Assembly: GCA_002702705.1 (NCBI GenBank)
Contig: PABH01000019.1
Span: forward strand, 55,192-119,191
From: Anaerolineaceae bacterium
GTDB taxonomy: Bacteria; Chloroflexota; Anaerolineae; Anaerolineales; Anaerolineaceae
Direction of reading: 5' to 3'
DNA: 64,000 nucleotides
Part shown: one piece after another, positions 29,404 to 38,746 of the stretch
Layout: every line of letters starts with the position of its first letter
How positions within the stretch are numbered: position 1 is the first letter of the stretch
The notes under the pieces: model-generated
The model's database searches: none
What the model saw: only the letters and a program-made list of their open reading frames with translations
Told to the model about the DNA's origin: nothing
Program-made: the position numbers and the translations under genes

Positions 29404-30786
29404 TTATTTTCCTTCAAACGGTAGAATAATTCGGACGGTTGTTCCTTTCCCAGGAGAACTTTTCATTTCAATTTGTCCATTATGAGCTTCTGTTAAGGAT
29501 TTCGCAATCGATAACCCTAATCCGCTTCCTTTGTTTTCTCCACCTCGAGAAGGATCAACCTGATAAAACCGATCAAAAACGCGGTTTAAATGTTGGGGGT
29601 CTATTCCAACACCTGTATCCTGAATATCAATATGCACCATCCGCCCTTCTATTTTCGATTGAATAAAAATTTGGTTTCCTTCGGGAGTATGCCTTAGCGC
29701 ATTATCTAAAATAATTAAAATAATCTGTCTCAACCGCGTTCGATCAGCAATTACTTTACCATCTAGGGATCCTACGATTAATTTAACCTGATGAGATTCT
29801 GTGACATGAGAAAAAGATCTGAGGATGTCTTCAATAAATGGAGATAATTCGATGCTTTCTTTATTTAATTTTAATTCTTTTGCATCTAATCGGGAGAGTA
29901 ACAACAAATCTTCTACTAATTTTGTCATGTGGTCAACTTCATTAATGATATCGCCCATTAATTCGTTTTGGTGACTGGTTGGATCAATATGCCTGGTAGC
30001 CACTTCTGCACTGGCTCGAACCAAAGTTAAGGGAGTACGCAGTTCATGACTGGCATTGGCTACAAATGTTTGCTGCATATCTAATGCTCTTTGGGTTGTT
30101 TTTAATGAATTGCCCGCCATCCACCAGCTTCCGAAACCTAAAATAATAACACTAATAAAACCAATGACTAATAATCCACTCATCAATTGATTCAAAACGC
30201 GTACCTGATCTGAGATGGGTTTCCCTAATTGGATAAGTCCATATCCACTGGATGAGGGTGTGGAATAAGTTAAGATTCTTACCTTGGAGCCGTCATTCAA
30301 GGAGGCCGTGCGTATATCATATCCGTTCATGATGGCGTTATTAACGGCCTCCATATTGGGGGACATAGGTGGCTGAAATGGATTCGGGTTAAATAATAAT
30401 CGTCCATTAATATCCAGGGGAAGCACAAAAATCGATGATAATTCGCCTTCATAATTTTCCGCAAGATAAACTGGGCTTGAAGAATAATGCTCACTATCAT
30501 CTCCATCATCGTCATCATCTTTATGACTTGAAATTGTTGGTTTTGGAATAGAGAAAAAAGTATTATGTAATTCATTCCAATCTTGCTGGGCTGTGACGAG
30601 TTCGGGTGGTAATGGTGCGGCTGCTTCTTGAAACGTTAACGCCATTTTATATCTTAATGCAGCATCATTGTTATTTTGGAAATAAAAATAGATCAAAAAA
30701 TAGGAACTAAAACTTACCAAACCTGCAAATACTAATGCCACAAAAAAATACAATATTGTTAATTTTATTCGGAGTCGATTAAGCAT
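29404..30786 (-). CDS. Sensor histidine kinase with an acidic (poly-Asp) extracytoplasmic loop
   Basis: H-box ASHELRTPL, N-box LDNALRHTP, G-boxes QDTGVGI and GSGLGLSIA. The extracytoplasmic loop contains SSHKDDDDDGDDSEH (nt 30496-30519). The likely start MLNRLRIKL overlaps the response-regulator stop. Confidence 0.9.
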   Translation of the reverse strand: MLNRLRIKLTILYFFVALVFAGLVSFSSYFLIYFYFQNNNDAALRYKMALTFQEAAAPLPPELVTAQQDWNELHNTFFSIPKPTISSHKDDDDDGDDSEHYSSSPVYLAENYEGELSSIFVLPLDINGRLLFNPNPFQPPMSPNMEAVNNAIMNGYDIRTASLNDGSKVRILTYSTPSSSGYGLIQLGKPISDQVRVLNQLMSGLLVIGFISVIILGFGSWWMAGNSLKTTQRALDMQQTFVANASHELRTPLTLVRASAEVATRHIDPTSHQNELMGDIINEVDHMTKLVEDLLLLSRLDAKELKLNKESIELSPFIEDILRSFSHVTESHQVKLIVGSLDGKVIADRTRLRQIILIILDNALRHTPEGNQIFIQSKIEGRMVHIDIQDTGVGIDPQHLNRVFDRFYQVDPSRGGENKGSGLGLSIAKSLTEAHNGQIEMKSSPGKGTTVRIILPFEGK

Positions 30787-31462
30787 GATCTGGATCCAAC
30801 CTGTAACCCACACCACGGATCGTTTTAATCGGATCGGTTAAACGAGGTATATTTAATTTTTGGCGCAAATAAGAAATATATACATCGACCATTTCCGGTT
30901 TTACCTTATTTTCATAAGACCAGACATAATCAAGAATATTTTGCCGGGTTAATGTTTGACCTGGATGACGTAAAAAATATTCTAATAAATCCCATTCGGT
31001 TTTTGTTAGTTCAAGTTGTTTGTTAGCCCGGCGAACACTATGAACTCGGGTATCCATGACCAATTCCCCAACGCGGATTTCCCAGCCATCACTATCTGTT
31101 CCGTTAAATCGGCGTCCTAAAGCGCGGACTCTCGCGAGCAGTTCTTCAAATGCGAAGGGTTTAATCAAATAATCATCTGCCCCGCTATCTAAGCCGGAAA
31201 CCCGATCCTCAATTTGAGTTCGGGCAGTTAACATTAAAATGGAGATAGGGATTTTTGCCGCTCGGATAGCTCGGATGATTGAAGGACCATCTTTCCCTGG
31301 CAGCATCCAATCAATAATTGCAACATCATGAACGCCCCGCAAAGCAATTTCTAATCCGATGTCACCCTCATGAACCATATCGTAAGAAAACCCCTCTTCC
31401 TCCAATACGGTTCCAATCAGTCTTGCTAACCGTTTATCGTCCTCTATTAATAAAACCCGCAT
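30779..31462 (-). CDS. OmpR/PhoB-family response regulator
   Basis: Receiver MRVLLIEDD...DVAIIDWMLPGKDG...KPF. Output domain IKTIRGVGYRL. Confidence 0.9.
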   Translation of the reverse strand: MRVLLIEDDKRLARLIGTVLEEEGFSYDMVHEGDIGLEIALRGVHDVAIIDWMLPGKDGPSIIRAIRAAKIPISILMLTARTQIEDRVSGLDSGADDYLIKPFAFEELLARVRALGRRFNGTDSDGWEIRVGELVMDTRVHSVRRANKQLELTKTEWDLLEYFLRHPGQTLTRQNILDYVWSYENKVKPEMVDVYISYLRQKLNIPRLTDPIKTIRGVGYRLDPDHA

Positions 31463-31651
31463 CGATCATTCCCTTTCGTGTTACCGAAAATATTAAATTG
31501 AGAATAGAATATTGATTTAAAATTTTTGATTATATCTTTTAAGTATAAGACCAAAACATTGGAATTTGATTGGAAAATTGCCCCACGATTTTTAGAAAAC
31601 TCCAATCTTGATGCTCTAAACTTATTTTATCAAGCCAAATGGAGGTTTTTA

Positions 31652-32377
31652 ATGAATAAACGCATCGTGACATTTGTCTCAATTGTAATTACGGTATTTA
31701 TCTTAGGCACGGCAGCGGTCGTCATTCGTGATGTATCTGCTAAAAAAGGAGAACCCGATCCTCAGGTAATTCAAGATCAATTACTTAACAGAGAACAGGT
31801 TTATAACCAGGTTATTACGGAAGCAAATCAGCGTATCGAGCAATTAAATGCTGAATTAAATGGTGTGCAAGCAGATCAAACCAATCCCAGCAATATTAGT
31901 CCGGAAAGTGCAGCATTAATTGCATTAGCCACTACAAATTATGAAGAGCCCTTATTAAAATTACCCGAGCTGGTTGATTTTGAAGGAAAAGTTGTTTATG
32001 AAGTCCAAGTTAAAAGCGGCGTAATCTATTTAGATGCTCAAAGTGGAGAAATTGTTTTTAATGGCGTCCCTCAAAAAATTGATTCTGAACAAGCTGCTGT
32101 TTTAGCGGGTGAATATTTGGGTGGTTTGGATCCCAAATACGGGGTGGTAAAACAAAGTGTTTTAAATGGAAGTGAAGTTTTTCAGGTAACGTTTAATAAT
32201 TACATTGTCTATTTGGACCAATTTGGAAATGTCTTACAAGCTCAGGTTTTGCAATATACGGAAGTGTCCAATCCGACAAATCAATCAAATACTAATACAA
32301 GTAATAACGCCACTACCAGCAGTCATTCTTATGATGACCATGATGATGACCATGGTGATGATCATGATGATGATTAA
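31652..32377 (+). CDS. Membrane-anchored double PepSY-domain protein with a His/Asp-rich C-terminal tail
   Basis: GGAGG RBS at 31641-31645. TM anchor IVTFVSIVITVFILGTAAVVI. Two PepSY-like blocks (VVYEVQVKSGVIYLDAQSGEIV; EVFQVTFNNYIVYLDQFGNVL). The tail is SHSYDDHDDDHGDDHDDD (32321-32374). Confidence 0.7.
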   Translation: MNKRIVTFVSIVITVFILGTAAVVIRDVSAKKGEPDPQVIQDQLLNREQVYNQVITEANQRIEQLNAELNGVQADQTNPSNISPESAALIALATTNYEEPLLKLPELVDFEGKVVYEVQVKSGVIYLDAQSGEIVFNGVPQKIDSEQAAVLAGEYLGGLDPKYGVVKQSVLNGSEVFQVTFNNYIVYLDQFGNVLQAQVLQYTEVSNPTNQSNTNTSNNATTSSHSYDDHDDDHGDDHDDD

Positions 32378-32422
32378 TATAAAGAAATTGAACAACACGA
32401 ATCTAGACAGAGGAGTATAAAA

Positions 32423-32863
32423 ATGCCGATTCCCGAGAAACAAAGACCATCAAAAGTAAACCAAAAAAATAATGGTGTGAAATACTTAATTACATCGGTA
32501 TCACTTGTGGCTGTTTTAGGTTTATGGAATCAATTTTCTTCCAGCGATCAATTGGCACAAGAAGTGAGTAAAAAAAATACACCAGAACCACAGGTAAATA
32601 CGGGATATGATTTAAATTTGCCGCCAATCCCTACGGTGGTGCCGAAATACTATGATCCTTTGAAAGTCTCTTCAAACGGCGTACAGGATCAAGTTAATCA
32701 AGGACAATTGAGGCAGGTAGGCATACCAACTATACAACCAAAATCTACTCCACCGATAACCATACAGCAGGTGATTATTAGCCAACCTGGTGGAAACAAT
32801 TCCGGATCAAATAATAATACGGTTGTAAATCCACCAGTCAATAACACAGGATCATCCCATTAA
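32423..32863 (+). CDS. Hypothetical single-pass membrane protein, Pro/Asn/Gln-rich ectodomain
   Basis: One TM helix (YLITSVSLVAVLGLW). The stop overlaps the apbE start (TAATG), implying translational coupling. Confidence 0.5.
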   Translation: MPIPEKQRPSKVNQKNNGVKYLITSVSLVAVLGLWNQFSSSDQLAQEVSKKNTPEPQVNTGYDLNLPPIPTVVPKYYDPLKVSSNGVQDQVNQGQLRQVGIPTIQPKSTPPITIQQVIISQPGGNNSGSNNNTVVNPPVNNTGSSH

Positions 32864-33774
32864 TGAAAACCATTCATTTCCGTGCAATGGGTTGTAAGAT
32901 GAATGCAACCGTTTTTTCGAGCTCCACAGCAGCCGTAAACAAATTGAATCAAGTCCCTGATTGGTTTGAAGAATGGGAACAAATCCTAAGTCGTTTTCGA
33001 CCTGATAGTGAATTAAGTCTATTTAATCAAAAATTTGGACGGGTAGATTCGATAAGCCCGGTTTTTCAATCTGTATTACGAACAGCAAACCAAATGGAAT
33101 ACGAAAGCGATGGATTGGTGACACCGAAAATTCTTAACCAATTAGAAAAAATTGGATATGATCGAAGTTTTGACATGATCAAACAGAGTCAATCAAATTT
33201 TGGTAATGCCAATAGCCTTAGATCTGTGATTATTATGGAAGACAGGTCGTTTCCTACAGAAAATAACACTGTCCAATATGACTTTGGAGGTGTTGCAAAG
33301 GGATGGGCTGCCCATCAAGCGATGCAGCGATTGGAAGGATATGCTCCAACATTAGTTAACGCAGGAGGAGATATTGCAATCAGTGCATTGATGCCTGATG
33401 GAAAAGGATGGATCATAAAAATTACAGATCCGTTTGACCATGAGAAGAACGCCGCTGAATTAAGGGTTGGCCGGGGTGGTGTGGCGACATCCGGGATTGA
33501 CTATCGAATATGGCAGCAAGGTGATCATTTACGACACCATATCATTGATCCTCGTACGGGTTATCCTGCTGAAACTGACCTTATCAGTGTGACGGTTATC
33601 GCCCCAACTGTTATGGACGCGGAAATGGCTTCCAAAACTATTTTAATTTTAGGTAGTGAAGAAGGCTTAAAATGGCTGCGACTTCATTCTTCATTTGCTG
33701 GTTTTCTGATTTATAAAAATGGAGAAGTGAAAATTAGTGAAACAATGGTTCAGTATCTGAGGTGGTCAATATGA
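32863..33774 (+). CDS. apbE: FAD:protein FMN transferase (ApbE family)
   Basis: ApbE blocks FGGVAKGWAA, NAGGDIA, ATSGIDYR and HHIIDPRTGYP. No obvious N-terminal signal peptide. Confidence 0.85.
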   Translation: MKTIHFRAMGCKMNATVFSSSTAAVNKLNQVPDWFEEWEQILSRFRPDSELSLFNQKFGRVDSISPVFQSVLRTANQMEYESDGLVTPKILNQLEKIGYDRSFDMIKQSQSNFGNANSLRSVIIMEDRSFPTENNTVQYDFGGVAKGWAAHQAMQRLEGYAPTLVNAGGDIAISALMPDGKGWIIKITDPFDHEKNAAELRVGRGGVATSGIDYRIWQQGDHLRHHIIDPRTGYPAETDLISVTVIAPTVMDAEMASKTILILGSEEGLKWLRLHSSFAGFLIYKNGEVKISETMVQYLRWSI

Positions 33775-34481
33775 CAGAACAAATTATAGAAACAGAAAAT
33801 AAATTTGATGTTCGAACGGTAATGACTGTTATGGTGGCGTTGGCAGTTGGTCTGTGGGTTACAGGGTTCGTTCTTCCTGAATGGTTGCCAGGATTAAGGC
33901 AATCCATTCTGGGTGAAGATATTAAAATGTATTGGTATATATCGCGTGGCAGTGCAATTTTTGCTTATGTTTTTTTGTGGTTTTCAATGATTCTGGGTTT
34001 ATTACTATCGAACCGTTTAGCGAAAATTTGGCTTGGAGGGAGGCTAACCAATGAATTTCACAATTTTTTCAGCATATTGGGCTTGTTGTTTTCTGCCCTC
34101 CATGCTGTTATCTTAATAGGTGATTCCTATCTTGGTTTGAATTTGTTAAATGTTCTTGCGCCATTTGGCGTATCAAACTACAAGCCAGTTTGGGTTGCCC
34201 TTGGGCAAATTGGCTTATATCTATGGTTGATGTTGGTTATCAGTTTTTATATTCGAAAAAGTTTAGGCCATGCTTCTTGGCGTATGGTTCATTACAGTAG
34301 CTTTTTATTGTTTGTTTTAGCACTGTTACACGGGATATTCAGTGGTAGTGACACAGGATCAATTGGTATGGTTAGTCTTTATTGGATAAGTGCAGCCAGC
34401 ACAATGTTTTTTGTTGTTTTTCGGATTCTTACCTCTTTATTTTCTCGGATTGTAAAAGTTCAAGAAGCGATGCAAAGGTAA
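33771..34481 (+). CDS. Ferric-reductase-like transmembrane (di-heme b, MsrQ/YedZ-like) protein
   Basis: ATGA overlap with apbE and a GAGGTGG RBS. Six TM helices carry paired His residues (FHNFFSILGLLFSALHAVIL; HYSSFLLFVLALLHGIF). Confidence 0.7.
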   Translation: MTEQIIETENKFDVRTVMTVMVALAVGLWVTGFVLPEWLPGLRQSILGEDIKMYWYISRGSAIFAYVFLWFSMILGLLLSNRLAKIWLGGRLTNEFHNFFSILGLLFSALHAVILIGDSYLGLNLLNVLAPFGVSNYKPVWVALGQIGLYLWLMLVISFYIRKSLGHASWRMVHYSSFLLFVLALLHGIFSGSDTGSIGMVSLYWISAASTMFFVVFRILTSLFSRIVKVQEAMQR

Positions 34482-34652
34482 ACCACAAGGAAGTTGGAAA
34501 TCCAATAAAAAAGACCACAAGGGAATTGCGCGTAGCCAATATTGAATATCATTATATCTATATTTTATATATAGTCTTATAATAAATTTGACTTACCCGG
34601 TTTATAATATGTTATACGATCTTCTGTTTTATTGATAAGAATTGGAACAAAA

Positions 34653-35582
34653 ATGCTTACCACTCCTGACCTATTATTAACCAAGGGTTATGTTTTTGAC
34701 ATTCACCGTTTTTCCATTCATGATGGACCTGGCATTCGCACCACAATCTTTTTGAAGGGATGTCCCCTTTCCTGTGTTTGGTGCCATAATCCTGAAAGTC
34801 AATCTACTAAGCCTGAAAAAATTGTCCGCGTTTCACGTTGTATTAAGTGTGGGGCGTGTGTGGAAGTTTGCCCCGTGCATGGTATTTCCATAAATGATAG
34901 TAGGGTGGTCACTGATTTGAGTCGTTGTACGGTATGCGGAACATGTGTCGAGGTTTGTGCAACTGAAGCGAGTGAGATTGTTGGGGAAGAGACGAGCGCA
35001 GCTGATCTAGCCCAACTTATACAAAGGGATCGTATATTTTATGATGAAAGTGGGGGTGGAGTGACATTCTCGGGAGGGGAACCGTTAGTTCAAGTCAAGT
35101 TTTTACAAACTGTAATGGCATCTGTTCATACAATGGGTATCCAGACTGCGTTAGACACCTGCGGTTATGCCCATTGGGAGGCATTTCTGAAAGTATTACC
35201 CTTTACTGATCTGATATTATTTGACATCAAGGTGCTTGACGATCAAAAACACAAACAATTCACAGGGGTTTCTAATCAATTAATTTTGGATAACCTGCAA
35301 AAACTGAACCAGCAAGGAAAAAAAATCTGGTTACGATTTCCAGTTATTCCTGGGATTAATGATGATGTAGATAATCTAACCGAGATCGTTGATTTGGCAA
35401 AAATGTATTCACATATAGAGCGTTTAAGTTTACTTCCCTATCACAAAGCTGCAGTAAAAAAGTATGAAGGATTGGGTTTGAATTATTGTTTGGATGATAT
35501 TGAGTCGCCCAGTGAAACCAGGATGGATGAATTGGCAGGGTGGTTTCAGCAATCAGGTTTGCCGGCTGTGGTGGGAGGATAA
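34653..35582 (+). CDS. Glycyl-radical enzyme activating protein (radical SAM plus two ferredoxin-like clusters)
   Basis: DIHRFSIHDGPGIRT, radical SAM motif CPLSCVWCHNPE, auxiliary clusters CIKCGACVEVCP and CTVCGTCVEVCA. The start could be 34632 or 34653. Confidence 0.9.
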   Translation: MLTTPDLLLTKGYVFDIHRFSIHDGPGIRTTIFLKGCPLSCVWCHNPESQSTKPEKIVRVSRCIKCGACVEVCPVHGISINDSRVVTDLSRCTVCGTCVEVCATEASEIVGEETSAADLAQLIQRDRIFYDESGGGVTFSGGEPLVQVKFLQTVMASVHTMGIQTALDTCGYAHWEAFLKVLPFTDLILFDIKVLDDQKHKQFTGVSNQLILDNLQKLNQQGKKIWLRFPVIPGINDDVDNLTEIVDLAKMYSHIERLSLLPYHKAAVKKYEGLGLNYCLDDIESPSETRMDELAGWFQQSGLPAVVGG

Positions 35583-35584
35583 AA

Positions 35585-37945
35585 TTGAATGAACGTGTAA
35601 AAAAATTAAGGGAATACAGCTTGACCATTCCAGCGACTTTATCTTCCGAAAGGGCCGTATTAATGACCCAGTTTTATCAACAGTTAAATCAACTTGTTTC
35701 TAAACCTGTGGAAAGAGCCCTATCTTTTGCTTTTTTAATGGAACACAAATCGATTTATATCCATCCCGGAGAATTGATTGTTGGTGAAAAAGGAGATCTC
35801 CCCAAAGCAGCACCAACTTTTCCGGAGTTATGCTGCCATTCGCTTAATGATCTGGAAATTTTAGATAGCCGAGAAAAGATTCCTTTTAAAGTTTCTTCCG
35901 ATACCTTAACTTTATTTCAGAATGAAATTATCCCGTTTTGGACTGGCAAAACCATGCGGGAACGTATTTTTACTGAAATGAGCGATGATTGGAAAGCAGC
36001 TTATGAAGCGGGAATATTTACCGAATTTATGGAGCAGCGTGCACCCGGGCATACTGTATTGGATGATAAGATCTATCATTTCGGTATGTTTGATTTTGTG
36101 GAAAAAATTGATCACCGTCTGCAAACATTGGATTACCTGAAAAATCCACGCGCATATGATCAGCAAGAAGAATTAAAAGCCATGCGGATTACTGCCCTGG
36201 CCATCATTCGTTTTGCGGAACGCCATGCTGAGGAAGCCCAACGCCTGGCCCTGATTGAAAAAGACCCGCAACGTAAAAAAGAACTGGAAAAGATAAATAA
36301 AATTTGCCGCCGAGTACCTGGCAATAAACCTGAAACTATGCATGAAGCCTTGCAGTATTATTGGTTTGTGCATTTAGGTGTTACCACAGAGCTAAATACT
36401 TGGGATGCTTTTGACCCGGGGAGACTCGACCAACATCTCTACCCCTTTTATGAAAAAGAAATTAAAACTGGTCAAATTACTCACGAACAAGCAGAAGAGT
36501 TATTACAGTGTTTCTGGATCAAGTTTAATAACCAGCCGGCGCCGCCCAAGGTAGGTGTCACGGCAGCAGAAAGTGGTACCTATACTGATTTTGCCCAGAT
36601 TAATTTGGGTGGTGTGCAGGCGGATGGTTCTGATGGTGTCAACGAGATCACATACCTGCTGCTCGATGTGGTTGAAGAGATGCGGCTTTTGCAACCGAGT
36701 GCATCCATTCAGGTCAGCAAAAAAAATCCAGATCAATTTATTACACGAGCTGCCCAAATTATCAGGACTGGCTTTGGGCAGCCATCCATATTTAATGCGG
36801 ATGCTATTATTCAGGAATTACAGCGTATGGGTAAATCCCTGCTGGATGCCAGAAACAGCGGCTCCAGCGGTTGTGTGGAGGTGGGAGCCTTTGGTAAGGA
36901 AAATTATAATCTAACCGGTTATTTTAATATTCCAAAGATTTTAGAATTAACCCTGCATAATGGTTTAGATCCTCGGACCGGAAAACAACTGGGTCCTCGT
37001 ACAGGCGATCCATTGAATTTTGCTAATTTTGAAAATTTATTCGAAGCCTTTTCCGAACAAATGCGTTATTTTATTGATATCAAGGTGCGTGGTAATCAAA
37101 TCATTGAACGTTTATATGCGCGTTATATGCCATGTCCGTTTTTATCTTTGTTGATTGATGACTGTATTGAAAAAGCAATGGATTACCACGAAGGGGGCGC
37201 GCGTTACAACACCACTTATATTCAAGGGGTGGGAATTGGCTCCATCACAGATCAACTTTCCGCAATTAAGACTCATGTGTTTGAAAAAAATTCGCTGACG
37301 ATGAAACAATTATTGAATGCTTTAGCAAATAATTTTGAAGGTCATGAACGTACCCGTCAGCTTCTGTTAAATCGAACTCCCCGTTATGGTAATGACGATG
37401 AGGCTGCTGATGAATTGATGCAGCAGGTATTTGAGTTATTTTTTGATTCGATTGATGGAAGGCCAAATACAAAAGGTGGTACCTATCATATTAATCTCTT
37501 GCCCACAACATGTCATGTTTATTTTGGCTCCGTGATGAATGCATCCCCGGAAGGTCGTTTGGCAGGAACACCTTTATCTGAGGGGATTTCTCCAGTGCAA
37601 GGTGCTGATCGAAAGGGTCCGACAGCTGTTTTACGGTCTGCCGCCAAGTTGGATCATTTGCGAACAGGGGGGACCTTGTTAAATCAGAAATTCTCGCCAA
37701 ATCTGATGAAGGGGGAAGCTGGCCTTATGCTGCTGACACAATTGGTGCGAGCTTATTTTAAAATGGACGGTCACCATATCCAATTTAACGTAGTAGATGC
37801 GGAAACTTTAAAACAAGCACAGAAAAACCCGCAAGATTACCGAGATTTAATAGTGCGGGTGGCGGGATACAGTGATTATTTTTGTGACCTCAGCCCAGCT
37901 TTACAAAACGAGATTATTCAGCGCACGGAGCACGAATCTTTTTAA
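35585..37945 (+). CDS. Glycyl radical enzyme, PFL2 / glycerol dehydratase / hydroxyproline dehydratase-like family
   Basis: Probable TTG start 3 nt after the activase stop. Cys loop GSSGCVEVG (Cys codon 36872-36874, Glu two residues later). Glycyl radical motif RVAGYSDYF (Gly codon 37865-37867), 25 aa from the C-terminus. About 786 aa. Confidence 0.9.
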   Translation: MNERVKKLREYSLTIPATLSSERAVLMTQFYQQLNQLVSKPVERALSFAFLMEHKSIYIHPGELIVGEKGDLPKAAPTFPELCCHSLNDLEILDSREKIPFKVSSDTLTLFQNEIIPFWTGKTMRERIFTEMSDDWKAAYEAGIFTEFMEQRAPGHTVLDDKIYHFGMFDFVEKIDHRLQTLDYLKNPRAYDQQEELKAMRITALAIIRFAERHAEEAQRLALIEKDPQRKKELEKINKICRRVPGNKPETMHEALQYYWFVHLGVTTELNTWDAFDPGRLDQHLYPFYEKEIKTGQITHEQAEELLQCFWIKFNNQPAPPKVGVTAAESGTYTDFAQINLGGVQADGSDGVNEITYLLLDVVEEMRLLQPSASIQVSKKNPDQFITRAAQIIRTGFGQPSIFNADAIIQELQRMGKSLLDARNSGSSGCVEVGAFGKENYNLTGYFNIPKILELTLHNGLDPRTGKQLGPRTGDPLNFANFENLFEAFSEQMRYFIDIKVRGNQIIERLYARYMPCPFLSLLIDDCIEKAMDYHEGGARYNTTYIQGVGIGSITDQLSAIKTHVFEKNSLTMKQLLNALANNFEGHERTRQLLLNRTPRYGNDDEAADELMQQVFELFFDSIDGRPNTKGGTYHINLLPTTCHVYFGSVMNASPEGRLAGTPLSEGISPVQGADRKGPTAVLRSAAKLDHLRTGGTLLNQKFSPNLMKGEAGLMLLTQLVRAYFKMDGHHIQFNVVDAETLKQAQKNPQDYRDLIVRVAGYSDYFCDLSPALQNEIIQRTEHESF

Positions 37946-37952
37946 CTTGCGC

Positions 37953-38711
37953 CTATTGGTTTTTTGCCCAGGTAACAGGATCATGCGAGGTGAGAATTTC
38001 TATCTCATCCCCGTGTTTTTCTAGCAGCGCTGCAATTTTTGGCTGGTAATTTCCCAAAATTAACTGGACTAATTTTTGCGGTGGGCTGACATATTGTTCA
38101 CTTTCGTTTAGATAAAATGGGTAACAAGCATCTCCACAGTTTAACAACCAGCCAGAATCGGTTTGGATAACCACCATACAGTGTCCTAAAGTGTGCCCAG
38201 GAGTGGGAATCAACATAATTTCAGGTGTAAAACCATTTAATCGGATGGCTGGGAAACCGAACCAAGTTGTATCTGTTTGTTCGTATAACTGCCAATTTGG
38301 TTTATGTGCCCAATGGTAGGGAAGGCAGCCAAGACCTAATAAACCACGACGTTTTATAGCTGCATCCAATTCTCTACGGTTTAGGTGAACTTGTGCTTTT
38401 GGAAAATCCGCCAGTCCGCCAGCATGATCCAGGTGCAGATGGGTTAACACAATATGGTTTATATCTTCTGTTTTCAGGCCGAATTTTCCAATTTGATTAA
38501 CAATACAAAGTGATGGATCGTTTGGAATGCGTAGTAACTTTAAGAACCATTTCATAAAAAAGGAAGGGTGTGAAAAATCTTGGGTACCAAAACCGCTATC
38601 TACCAAAAGCCATCCCTGGTTGGTTTCTACCAGCAACACATAGGTAACCCCGGTGATTTTTGGCCAGTATGGACGCATTGGTCCGCTGTCAAGATGGTAA
38701 ATTTTTGTCAT
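37953..38711 (-). CDS. MBL-fold metallo-hydrolase (paralog 1)
   Basis: THLHLDHAGG motif plus downstream PTPGHTLGH and CGDA. 252 aa. Confidence 0.85.
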   Translation of the reverse strand: MTKIYHLDSGPMRPYWPKITGVTYVLLVETNQGWLLVDSGFGTQDFSHPSFFMKWFLKLLRIPNDPSLCIVNQIGKFGLKTEDINHIVLTHLHLDHAGGLADFPKAQVHLNRRELDAAIKRRGLLGLGCLPYHWAHKPNWQLYEQTDTTWFGFPAIRLNGFTPEIMLIPTPGHTLGHCMVVIQTDSGWLLNCGDACYPFYLNESEQYVSPPQKLVQLILGNYQPKIAALLEKHGDEIEILTSHDPVTWAKNQ

Positions 38712-38746
38712 AAGATTTCCCTTTTACGAATTAATATTCGTTGGTG

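Noticed and set aside
32205-32420. 71-aa ORF rich in Met, Thr and Ile (MMTMMMTMVMIMMMI)
   Set aside because: It is an out-of-frame reading of the GAT/CAT-rich stretch that encodes the Asp/His tail of the PepSY protein.
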